A stretch of DNA of 63,923 nucleotides, counting the filler, from Octopus bimaculoides (Eukaryota): assembly GCF_001194135.2 (NCBI RefSeq). It is 7 parts of 5 records of this genome, joined end to end, with 100 filler letters (N's around TTAATTAATTAA, not from the genome) between each part and the next. Parts side by side here need not be neighbours in the genome. Positions count along the whole stretch, not along the records: positions 47,898 to 56,112 come from NC_068992.1; positions 56,213 to 60,510 come from NW_026359443.1; positions 60,611 to 62,714 come from NC_069006.1; positions 62,815 to 63,923 come from NC_068986.1; 3 more parts are not named here. One strand, written 5' to 3'. The notes under the pieces are model-generated. The model worked only from the letters and a program-made list of their open reading frames with translations, had not been told where the DNA came from and ran no database searches. The stretch's first letter is position 1, and every line of letters starts with the position of its first letter. A program made the position numbers and the translations under genes. Positions 50,996 to 63,923 of this stretch are shown here, one piece after another.

Positions 50996-52489
50996 CATGT
51001 ATATATATATATATATNNNNNNNNNNNNNNNNNNNNNNNNNNNNNNNNNNNNNNNNNNNNNNNNNNNNNNNNNNNNNNNNNNNNNNNNNNNNNNNNNNNN
51101 NNNNNNNNNNNNNNNNNNNNNNNNNNNNNNNNNNNNNNNNNNNNNNNNNNNNNNNNNNNNNNNNNNNNNNNNNNNNNNNNNNNNNNNNNNNNNNNNNNNN
51201 NNNNNNNNNNNNNNNNNTATATATATATACGTACATATATATATATATATACATATATATACATACATATTTATACATAGACACAAGGAAGAATTTATAT
51301 TTTTGCCAATTGCTGTATGTTTTTTTCTAAAGAATCACTGATATGTTATGTAGTGCATTTGTATACTTTTCATATCTTACAATATATTGAAAATCTAGAT
51401 GAATCGATTGATAAAATAAATTTTCTTTTCCATTAAAAATGGAGATGCCTCAGTCTATAAGATTGTGTACATTTCTACACGTAATTGTAATGTGTGCATC
51501 CTTATGATAAATCTAAGTTTCATGTTGAATAAATATTCTATTATTCTAATCTATCATCAGTTCCAGCTACAGGTTGTGACCACGATGGTGAAGCGCCATT
51601 AGAGCTAATGGAATTTTTTTTTATACTCACTCTCAACACTGTTTCCGGAATTGGTCGTGGCGAAGTAGTGGTTTAGATGGAGATTCACTTCTTTGTGTAT
51701 CTTACCGGTGAGGTGGGTTCATCTTGTTTATCAGATAAAAAATGTGACTATTTGTTCTTTAAACACATCCATATTTACACCTCGTATATGTCTGAAGCCT
51801 TTTGAACGATTACGGGCCTCTGCACTCTCAGGTGTCAGTGCATTGGAGTCTTACTCTGAAAGGAGAATGCGGGAACTTAGTTATTATGTAGTGGCGTCCA
51901 GTTCACTCATTGCTGTTGATTGAATCCCAAATCTGGGTGCTCTAGATTCCAGAATTCGCCATATCACCGTATCTGTGTCGTACCTTCTGTCAAGGGCGTA
52001 TACCTCAGTGAGTTTAATTTGTCTTACACCGAGATATTGCACCGAGTCAATCCTCTTCGTGCAGTGGTGTTGGATGACCTGGAGTATCACAGTCAATATG
52101 TCGATTGTGGATAACGTAATTGAGAGTAGCAATATGGTCGACTGAGGAAGAATATTCGCCAACATGGGATGAACATAATTCCTCTTTCTGAATTCTGAAT
52201 AAAGCTTATATATATANNNNNNNNNNNNNNNNNNNNNNNNNNNNNNNNNNNNNNNNNNNNNNNNNNNNNNNNNNNNNNNNNNNNNNNNNNNNNNNNNNNN
52301 NNNNNNNNNNNNNNNNNNNNNNNNNNNNNNNNNNNNNNNNNNNNNNNNNNNNNNNNNNNNNNNNNNNNNNNNNNNNNNNNNNNNNNNNNNNNNNNNNNNN
52401 NNNNNNNNNNNNNNNNNNNNNNNNNNNNNNNNNNNNNNNNNNNNNNNNNNNNNNNNNNNNNNNNNNNNNNNNNNNNNNNNNNNNNNNNN

Positions 52490-52526
<37 letters not shown>

Positions 52527-52623
52527 GAAGTGGAGAGGCGAGAGAAGTAAATACATATGTTTATCTATTTAGTGACATATATGCTCAGATACATCAATGC
52601 AAGCATACATACGTGTATGCTTG

Positions 52624-52663
<40 letters not shown>

Positions 52664-52991
52664 TAACAGACGAGACGATAAATTTGCAGTATTTCAAGAG
52701 AGACAACGAAATTTGACCTGTCTCTCAGGTAATGAACCGAAAGCAAAATCTAAGAGCAATCACTACCTTATGTACACAGAGTTTAACCTACTGAAATTTC
52801 ACCTAACTAAAATAGAAGTCACCCTCTTTCTATCTAACAGCATATATATTTTTGAGCGTATGCATAAATATATGTGTCTACGTTTGTATCTGTATATACG
52901 CATGCGTATGAGTGTGTGGGTATGAGCGTTTGTGCGTAAGTCTCTGTGCGTGTGCACTTGTGTGAGCGTGCATGTGTGTGTGCGTGCGTGC

Positions 52992-53022
<31 letters not shown>

Positions 53023-53236
53023 GGTTTGAATTTGTCTTGGAATGAGAATATTTTAATAATACTGCTGCAACCATCTCTCGATAGACAGATCAATTATATT
53101 TCTTTGCTGTGTACGTACGAATGTATGTATTTTGTATGTATGTATGTATGTATGTGGGTTTGTATGTGTGCATGTATGCGTTTATGTATGGCAAGATGTC
53201 CGTATGTATGTGTCTGTGCAGGTATGTATGTATATA

Positions 53237-53267
<31 letters not shown>

Positions 53268-53277
53268 NNNNNNNNNN

Positions 53278-53318
<41 letters not shown>

Positions 53319-53904
53319 TATATGTCAAACATATTAAAATCAAATATTCATGAGCTTCAGTTCTATACCAACTGAAATTTCAATTTAAAATACATAATCT
53401 AACATACTTTTCACTGTAATGTTGTTTTGCAATGTCAACAAAAACACCCTAGAATTCTAGATTCTCACTATCTGAAATAAAATTAATTACTTTGTTGCAT
53501 TTTAAAGAATCTTTTATTAGAAGCCAACAGAAAGAAATAAAACAATTTGTTCTGATTCTGCACCAATTTTTATACCATTCTAATAGTATTTTCACTGAAT
53601 ACTGTCAGTCTTCCTAATGAAAGTACTAGTTTTATCACCACTGTGTGAAAAGAATAGTAAGATAACAACAGAGAGAGAAGTGTATCAAATCATGCAATAT
53701 TATATGCCAATTCATCATTAGTTATTTTAACAGTATCTCTTAAATTTATTATTTGCCGGAGAAGCATATTTGTTTTTATACCGATATATTTGTCGCATTA
53801 TTTGGTTTTACGTGATTATCATATTATATTCATAATTTGAATGAAATGTAGTTTATCTGTGTTGGAAAAATTCTTTAATATTCAAAAAACAACAACGATT
53901 GCCA

Positions 53905-54235
<331 letters not shown>

Positions 54236-54387
54236 ATATTTCTATACATGCATGCATATATATATGTACATATACACCTTAATCCATCTATCTATATGTA
54301 TGTATATATATATGTGTGTGCGTGCTTGTGTGTGTGTGTATGTGTGTGTGTGTGTGTGTGTATATATATTTAAACACATACACCTTA

Positions 54388-54422
<35 letters not shown>

Positions 54423-56048
54423 GATCGATCTATCTATCTATCTATCTTTCTATCTATCTATCTATATGTAAATGCATGTATGCATATATGCATTGTCACG
54501 TACGTAATATAGATACTCACATACACTTTGCATTAGAATATTCCGGTGGGCGTGTGTTCTTAACGTTTCTGCAGAATAACTTATTTTTAGGTACATTATT
54601 CATACATTAGTTTTTCTATATTATGCATATATTAAAATTTATGTATGAAGATTAGTATGTGGATCATAATCTATCTATCTATCTACCTATCTATCTATCG
54701 TTAAACATTTTATTTTCCCTTGGAATAGGTAATCTTGTATGCATTTTATAATAGACTATTTCAAAACTGCTTCTTTAATGTAGCATATTTTACATTGGGT
54801 TGATATCGTTGCATTTTATATTTCATAGTGTATATCCGTAAGTATACATATAGCATTATATAAGGTTGAAAGGCAACGCCGACCTCAGAATTTGAACTCA
54901 GTATCTAAAGTCAGACGAAATGCTGCTGAGAATTTTGCCCGGCAATCTGAAGATTGTGCTTGCTTACCGTCTAACAAAGACCAATAATAGCAAGAATGAA
55001 TTGTGTGTTGGTTACTTACTCCACGGTAAGTCTTACACTGAGCAGACTTATCTTCTTTAATAATCTTCCTAAAGATGATTACTTAGAACTACATTTTTTG
55101 GAGTGTATTTCGTATATTATTTTAAACTTGTGCTCAGTGCTCTTTGTAGTAGCCTCGGAGATCACATAAATATACACTCATTAGTTGCAAATATAAGCAG
55201 TGTATGGTATGTGTACAGTTATATGATGTATTATACAAAATACATTGAAAATGTATAAATTCATTTATATTCACTAGCTGTGCAAATTTTCGTTGAAAAT
55301 GAGTTATAAGGATTAGAACGACCCTATTTATCTTATCTTAGGCATAGATAAAGCCATATAGTCAATGTTAAAATGACATAGGGTGCAGTTCCGTATAAAT
55401 CAAACCCAGATGAATGAAAGGAAATGTGAAGCTTGGTATGATATACTGAGCAAACGTTACATTAATGGATTTGCTTCAGCAATCTACCACTTTTATCAAA
55501 TCCAATAAGCATGGCAGGTATGAGTTTAGAGAGATAAATAGGAAGATTTTCTAGGTAATATATACACTTTTCCATGCGATAGCATGTCACTTTATATACA
55601 AATACTTTATGCATGTTCAAAAATAACATTGTTCTTTATAATCATTAGAAACAAGTTTATAAGTTCAAATATTGGTTATTAACATTTTCAGTGTAAAATA
55701 GATGTATACACTACAAACACACACACACATACACACACACACACATACACACGCATGAACGCATACACGCCCAAATACACGCACGCAGTCACACACATGC
55801 GCACACAGACATATACAAACAAATATACATACATACATACGTACATACATACACAGAAACCTGCCTCCACACATACCTACCTAAACAAAAATAGATAAAG
55901 AGCATTTCAGAGAGTGTAAGCATATTGTCTTTCTGTGTATTACTTTGTATCCTTTTCGATTTGTTACTTTCGCACTCTCTCTATCATTTTCTATTTATCA
56001 CTCAGTTCTTTAGTTTCTGCAATCTCTCCTTCTCTTTATCTCTCTCTC

Positions 56049-56112
<64 letters not shown>

Positions 56113-56286
56113 NNNNNNNNNNNNNNNNNNNNNNNNNNNNNNNNNNNNNNNNNNNNTTAATTAATTAANNNNNNNNNNNNNNNNNNNNNNNNNNNNNNNN
56201 NNNNNNNNNNNNATATATATATATATATATATACACACATACGTACACATGAGTATACATATATAAAATGCTATTTTATATGTCTG

Positions 56287-56362
<76 letters not shown>

Positions 56363-57621
56363 CGTGTGTGTATACATACACACATGACACCTCCAGACTA
56401 TATATCATTTAATGGACATACGTTGCAGCACGGGTGCCCTTTGACACTGAAAGGTCAAAGGCCAGTCTAATACGTGCACATGCGCATATATCTTTAATTA
56501 CATTCTCCCCTCCCTGGACCCATATCAAACATCACGGCTCTATAGTTAATATCCACGTACAGATATTTTATATACATCCACGACGCCATTCAACACCATT
56601 AAACCGGATATTCATACATGTATACATGTATATTCGTACACGTGTGTGTGTGTGTGTGTGCGTGCAGTCTTCTCTGTGTGTGTGTGTTCTACGCATGTCA
56701 TTATGTATATAAGATCAGTTGTGAATAATAATGTAGAGGGTGTTTAATTGAGTTTGAAATGATTAATTAAGTTGCCTGCATGCATATATATATGTGTGTG
56801 TGTGTGTGTGTTTGTATAAAGATATATATATGTATATATATATGTGTGTTTGTGTGTGTGTGTATGTATGACACACACACCTATATACACTTTAAAACAA
56901 CGAATTAAAAGTCTTGCTTGGATAACAAATTGCACATCAATCAATGATACATATATATATATATACCTTTATTTACATATTTCAGCCTATGGTCGTACTG
57001 GGGCACCGCCTTGAAAGGTCTGCTCGAACAGATTTGCCCCAGCAGTTATTTTTGTTTCAAATCTGATATTTACTCTATCGCACACCTTTTGCCGAACTGC
57101 TAAGTTAAAGGACGTAAACAAGTCAGCACCGGTTGTCTAGTAATGGTGGAGGACAAAAAAATACACACATATAATTATGTGAAGTCAAATAATGATATTT
57201 TGAAAGTATTTAATACGTACGTTTCTGATCATTATGTAATATATAAGAAACACATCCTTTACGCAAGACTTTCTTCAGGTAATATATTTCAAAATATAAA
57301 CTAACTGATGCAATTTGTGCTATATAAATGTAGATAAGGTAGAAGACGTCGGTTAATAAGTCAGGAGGAAGAATATGTATAGAGAAGAAGGAACACACAC
57401 ACACACATACACACACGACGGGCTTCATTGAGGTTCTGTCAACCAAATCCACTCAGATGTTTCGGGTTGGTCTGGGAAAATTCTGATGCATAAACGCCGT
57501 GACAAATGCCGATTATGGAATCCAGAACTGACAACATATTAAAACCCTAAATACAGAATAAATGAACGCAAAAAAAATCGGAAGTTAACGTTGGGCCGGC
57601 CCAGGGACTGAAACGAGTATG

Positions 57622-57749
57622 TGACAGACAGACAGGCAGGAAAGCAGGTAGACAGACAGACAGACAAATAGGCAGACAAACAGACAGGCAGGCAGATAAG
57701 CAAACAGGGAAGCAGACAGACAAGCAAGCAAGCAGGCAGACAGGCAGGC

Positions 57750-57800
<51 letters not shown>

Positions 57801-58345
57801 CAGACAGACAGACAGACAGAGACAGAGAATGAAAGACAGAGAGAGACAGAGAGAGACAGATAGACAGATAGACAGATAGACAGACAAACAGAGAAACAGG
57901 CAGACAGAGAGACAGACAGACAGAGAGAGAGAAAGACAGAGAGAGAGAGACAGACAGAAAGAGAGGGACAGACAGAGAGAGACAGACAGAGAGAGACAGA
58001 GACAGAGAGAGAGAGGGACAGACAGACAGAGACAGACAGGCAGACAGACAGAGACAGACAGAGAAGACAAACAGACAGACAGAGAAGACAAACAGACAGA
58101 CAGAGAAGACAAACAGACAGACAGATAGACAGACAGGCAGACAGAGACAGACAGAGAGACAGAGAGAGACAGAGTGACAGACAGACAGACAGACAGAGTA
58201 ACAGACAGACAGACAGACAGACAGACAGAGTAACAGACAGACAGACAGACAGATAAACAGAGACAGCGATAACAGACAAATGTATAGATAAACATAGGGC
58301 AGACATGCTGACAGACAGACAGACAGACACCCGGACAGACGACAA
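57622..58345. repeat. (GACA)n/(GA)n compound microsatellite, ~720 bp
   Basis: Direct reading. It is the source of the 280-300 aa L/S/V/C ORFs. Confidence 0.96.
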
Positions 58346-58599
58346 ATAAAGAGAGTGAGGGGCAGAGATAGAAAAGCAGATTGCAATGTCTGACGGCGAC
58401 ATTCGTCAGAAGTCGGGGGTTGGGGGGGGGCTTCGGTGTCAATGACCTGAGAAGAGAAAAGAGAGGCTTGGTTGACGACGGCGACGACAACGTCGAGGCC
58501 GAATATCGACGTTAACGATCAGCATCGGATGATAATGTTGGTAATTATTATTAATTATTGTTTTTTATTGTTATAACAACAGCTACGTTATTGTTATTT

Positions 58600-59180
58600 T
58601 GTAATAATAATAATGATAATAATAATAATAATGATAATAATAATAATAATAATAATGATAATAATAATGATAATAATAATAATAATGATAATAATAATGA
58701 TAATAATAATAATGATAATTTATAATAAGGGACATAATTATCGTCTTCGTGATAATCACGTTTTGATGCAAGAAGAAAAAGGGAAAGAAAGAAGGGAGAA
58801 GAAAGAAAGAGAAAGGAAAATAAAGGAGGAAAAGAAAATGGAATAAAGAAGAAGAACAACAACAACAAGAACAAGAAGAAGACGAAGAAGAACAAGAAGA
58901 AAAAGGAGGAGGAGGAGGAGGAGGAGAAGAAGAAAGAGAAGAAGGAGAGAAGAAGAAGAAGAAGAAGAAGAAGAAGAAGAAGAAGAAGAAGAAGAAGAAG
59001 AAGAAGAAGACAGAAAAAACGTCGAACAGGAAGGCGATTAGCAAGAAAAAGAAAATGAAGAAAAAACAAATGATGGAAAAGAAAAACAATAAAAGAAAAG
59101 AAAATGCAAAGAAGGTGAACAAGAAAAGAAAAAAAATGGACGAAAAAGATGAAAAGTAAAAGAGGAAAAGAACTAGTTGA
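58600..59180. repeat. (AAT)n followed by (GAA)n/(GGA)n purine-rich low-complexity tract
   Basis: Direct reading. Confidence 0.95.
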
Positions 59181-59615
59181 ACATACGCAGACATCTGCTC
59201 TGGGGGGAAATAATGATGAAGATGAGATGTAACACTACTCTTCTTTCGTCATTACGCTAATAACAACAACTTCGACAATAACAAATATACAAAGAATTAC
59301 ACCGATTAATAATAAACAAATAAAGACGAATATTAACGACCGGAAGTTTTAAGAAATATTTGCCAAAAACTTCCGGTATTTTCTGACGAGAGCCCGATTT
59401 CAAAATGGCTTCTTTCTGAAAGCGAATTAGCCGTCTAAATACAGGACAGCTCTGTTTGACCTCGCTTGTATAGGGAAAATAGAAAGGAGTTGACAGAATT
59501 AGAGAGAAATGTGAGAGGGAGAGAGAGAGGAGGATAAGTAAATAGATATATAGTTATATATTTGTGAATGAATTGAGAGGAGGGGATAGATAGACAGATA
59601 AATACACAGGCATGT

Positions 59616-59662
<47 letters not shown>

Positions 59663-59744
59663 TGATAGATAGAGTGATAGACATAGAGAGAGTGATAAAC
59701 AGAGTGATAGAGTGATAGACAGACATGGATAGATTGATTGATGG

Positions 59745-59795
<51 letters not shown>

Positions 59796-60123
59796 AATAA
59801 ACAAACAAAAAATGCGCTGGTAGTTAGAAGATGCTTATGAAAAAGGTTAAGATGAAAGAGAGAGGAACATGGGAGAGGATGTTTGAAAATAGCCGGGACG
59901 GGGTAAGGGCTGAATCTGAGACGAAACCAAACGAAAGACTGGAATGAGTTGGGTACGGTGNNNNNNNNNNTGGCAAAAATATAGGTCAACGAACCTTTGC
60001 GTGTCTATCTTTGATTACAGATAAACCTATTCAGGCTATGAGACACGTTATATACACACAGATATGTAAACAAACAAACAAACATTTCGAGATATTATTG
60101 TACAAACACAAATAAAAATACAC

Positions 60124-60180
<57 letters not shown>

Positions 60181-60207
60181 CACATACACACACACACTCA
60201 CATATAT

Positions 60208-60273
<66 letters not shown>

Positions 60274-60619
60274 GCGCACTTATAAACATAATACATATAT
60301 ATAAACAATTATATACGCATATATAAACAGACTGACATAATGATACAAGTGTGTGTGTATATATATATGTGAGTGCGTGTGTGTGTACATACACATGTGT
60401 ATGCAAATGTACGCCTATATATGCATATGTATAAATATAAGTACACATGTGTATATATGTGTGCATGTATTTGTATGTATATATATAGACAAGCATAACT
60501 ATTTGTATATNNNNNNNNNNNNNNNNNNNNNNNNNNNNNNNNNNNNNNNNNNNNTTAATTAATTAANNNNNNNNNNNNNNNNNNNNNNNNNNNNNNNNNN
60601 NNNNNNNNNNTCATTATTT

Positions 60620-61088
60620 TGTGATTCTCTTTCTCTTTCTGTCTCTCTTTCTCTCCCTCTCTTTCTTTCTCACTTTGTCTATCTTTCCCTCTCTCTTTCA
60701 CTCCCTTTCTGTCCTTTTATACGTCCCACTATTTGTATCTCTCCATCACTCTCTCTCTCCCTCTCCCTCTCCCTCTTCCTCTCTCTGTCCCTTCCTCTCT
60801 CTCCCTCTCTCTCCCTCTCTCTCCCTCTCTCTCCCTTTTACTCTCTTTCTCTCTTATCTCACTCTGCCTTATTTCTCTCTCCCTGTCTCTCTCTCTCTCT
60901 GTCACTCTCTCACTCTGTCACTCTCTCTCTCTGTCACTCTCTCTCTCTCCCTCTCTCTCTGTCACTCTCTCTCTCCCTCTCTCTCTGTCACTCTCTCTCC
61001 GTCTTTCTGTTTCTCAGTTTATTTCTCTCTCACTCTCTCTCAATTTAAACGTCTCACTATTTGTATCTCCCTGTATCTTTCCCTCTCT

Positions 61089-61134
<46 letters not shown>

Positions 61135-61210
61135 CTCTCTCGTTTTGCCTTATTTCTCTCTCTCTCTCTCACATTGTCTGTCTCTCAGTGCTCTCGTTTC
61201 GCTTCCATTT
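60620..61210. repeat. (CT)n/(CTGT) pyrimidine-rich low-complexity tract
   Basis: Direct reading. Confidence 0.93.
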
Positions 61211-61339
61211 TCTCTCTTTTTTCCCTTCAACAAGTTGAAGAAATATGGTTTCTCTTGGATGGACGGATTGAGGGATGGGAAGTGGGGTGGACAGATGAAT
61301 GCTTGGATGAATAAATACTCGCCATGCATGACTGAATAT

Positions 61340-61930
61340 AGGGTTGAATGACTAAATGGATAGTAGATGGATGGATGGATGGTTAAATGAATGAATAGAT
61401 GGAGAAATGGATGGCTAGATGGATGGATGAATGGATGAATGGGTGGGTGGCTAAATCGTTTCATGCATGACTGAAGGATGGATAGATGTATGAATGAATG
61501 GATAGATTGCTGGTTAAACGAAAGAATGAATGAATGGATTCATGGATGAATGGGTGAATGGATGGATGGGTGAGTGGATGGATGGATGGACGGACGGACG
61601 GTTGGATGGATGGAAGAATAGATAGATAGATGGATTCTTGAATAGGGGGAGAAATGGATAGATTGATGGATGGATGGATGGATGGATGGATGGATGAATG
61701 GATCGGTGGAAAAATAGATGGATGGATGGTTGAACAGATGGATGGATGAATGGATGGATTGGGAGAAGCCAAATGAATGAATGGATATCTGAAAAGATCA
61801 GTGTATGATGGGATGATTGGACGGTTTGATTGTTGCATGCATGATTGAATGCCTGGAGGAATGAATAGGTAACTTCACGGCTGACTGGATGGATAGATGA
61901 TTAAATAAATGATTGAACAGATAAGTATAT
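61340..61930. repeat. Degenerate (GGAT)n/(GAAT)n tetranucleotide array
   Basis: Direct reading. Confidence 0.92.
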
Positions 61931-62814
61931 GAAAGGGCATAAGGGTAAATGATTGAATTAATAAACGGATGGGTAGATGAAATAATTACAAGACCACTGT
62001 TGATGCTATTGGTGTTGTTGTGGTTTAGACCGAGGTCAAAATTGAACTGAAGAATCCTACAACAAAAAGCAGTCGTCTGTAACTATTCTGTGACAGTCTT
62101 TTCATCCCAAAGTGAACTGCTATTGTTTTTTTTACAAGGCTTTTATGCAAAACGAAAATTCAAAATATTACCCATTTTCAACACAAAGGAAAAGAATGAT
62201 CAGCTACGAAGAGCAAACGAAGAATAGTTCATAAGGAATTTCAAATCCGCTACTAAAACAGAAATAGTCAACACTACAACTAATCGGTCGTTTCTAGTAG
62301 TGCGGAGACTTACGGGGCTTAATTTGATTTTGCAGAGGTGGGAGTCAGAATTCATTCCCGGTTTTAGTTTTGAGTACGGAGCGGTTGCTTTTGGGTTATT
62401 TATGACTGAGTATGGGAGTGTTTAGTATATGAGATTTTTTGAGTGGTGTTTTGTGCTTTTCGGGGACAATTGTCTCTTTACGGTTTAGGCAAAGCACTTA
62501 CACATACAGAATATGAAAACTACTCTCTCTGCGTGACACCTTGGGCAAGTGTCTTCTACTATAGCCTCAGGCCGACCAATGCCTTGTCAGTGGATTTGGT
62601 AGACGGAAACTGAAAGAATACTGTCGCATATATATATATATATATATCTCGAACTCTTGAATCGCAATATTACGGGGACGTAAATACGCCAACAGCGATT
62701 GTCGAGCGCTGGTGNNNNNNNNNNNNNNNNNNNNNNNNNNNNNNNNNNNNNNNNNNNNTTAATTAATTAANNNNNNNNNNNNNNNNNNNNNNNNNNNNNN
62801 NNNNNNNNNNNNNN

Positions 62815-63923
62815 GACGGTACCCTTGGTACCATGCAGTGGCGACCTGTGCGGGCATTCGTGTAGTACTTGATGCCAAAGTTTGGTACCAGTCCTTCCAG
62901 TATTTTCCATATGTATATTATTACATATCTCTCCTGCCTGCGCTCCAGGGAGTAGAGACCTAGTGCCTTCAGTCGCTCCCTGTAGTTCATCTGTTGGACT
63001 GTGGCGATCTTTTTTGTATAGTGATGCTGAATTGCCTCGAGTTCTGCTGTCCACTTGACACTGTGTGGTGACCACAACTGAGAGCAATAGTCTAGGCGAC
63101 TCAGAACAAATGTCTTCCATAGAGTCAACATGACTTTTTAATCCCTTGTTCGGAATGTCCTCAGTATCCATCCTGCCAGTTGTCTGCACTTTGCTGTCAA
63201 CTTGACAATGTGCATGTGAAATGATGCATCACTACACATGTTGATACCCAGGTCTCTTACTGTTTGTGGTTCTGAGATTGCAGTACTTCCAGGTCCTGTG
63301 TATGCCGGTTGGGAGGCACTTGTGGCCTTGTAGCGCAGTACTTGAAATTTTTTTGCATTGAACTGCATATTATTTTGCTCTGCCCACTCGTATATTGCAT
63401 TTAGGTCATTCTGCAGGCTTATGNNNNNNNNNNCTGCATATTATTTTGCTCTGCCCACTCGTATATTGCATTTAGGTCATTCTGCAGGCTTATGATATCA
63501 TCAGGATTCTTTATTGCCTGAGATAGTTTTGTGTCATCAGCGTAGTTAGTAACAGTGGCTCTCCGAGTGACCGTGGGCATGTCCAGAAGGACCAATACGA
63601 ACAGTAGGACACTGCTCAATATTTGCGTTTCCCTAGATAGTTCTCCATTGGCTGCAACTGTCTGACTTCTACAATTCAGGAAGTCATGCAGCCATTCTCC
63701 TAATTTACCAGCTATGCCAAGGTTTTGCAGCTTGTGACATATCAAGCCATGATCAACTTTGTCAAAGGCTTTTGCAAAGTCGAGATATATCACATCAACA
63801 TTTGAATGGTCAAGTAGCTGCTTCAGGACCCAGTCATAATGCTGCAAGAGCTGCGTGAGGCAGCCTCTACCTGGACGGAAACCATGCTGGGTCTCATTCA
63901 GCAAGTCATTTTCTTCTAGGAAC
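62815..63923 (-). pseudogene. CR1-type LINE ORF2 reverse-transcriptase fragment
   Basis: QHGFRPGRGCLTQLL, VDVIYLDFAKAFDKVDH, YADDTK, VRDLG, LDYCSQLWSP and YRERLKALGLYSLERR. The GVPQGSVLGP motif is deleted and there is an in-frame stop. Confidence 0.93.

Noticed and set aside
59382-59425. CTGACGA-gagcc...ggctt..GAAA hammerhead-like string
   Set aside because: GAAA is displaced from stem II by several nucleotides, and no stem I/III is evident.

Overview
This is animal genomic DNA, AT-rich and saturated with microsatellites. The SINE/LINE families and repeat landscape look like Octopus or another coleoid cephalopod (inference from recalled repeat motifs). The window is seven assembly segments joined by identical artificial 100-bp spacers (44 N + TTAATTAATTAA + 44 N), with many other N gaps. 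No intact protein-coding gene can be demonstrated, and almost all supplied ORFs are translations of microsatellites or gaps. The recognisable coding remnants are all transposon-derived: a 5'-truncated Penelope-like element (RT + GIY-YIG, ~10.78-12.26 kb) followed by a minimal hammerhead-ribozyme motif with the U3-A8 core variant, two RTE LINE fragments, a Helitron 5' fragment, an internally deleted mariner and a CR1-type LINE RT. There are also dozens of SINE copies, a hAT end and a TTAA-flanked MITE. The left ~43 kb is CpG-depleted and holds several weak candidate exons, suggesting the intron-rich body of an unidentified gene. The right ~21 kb is not CpG-depleted and has some promoter-like motifs. 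Repeat boundaries are hand estimates, good to a few tens of bp unless stated otherwise.
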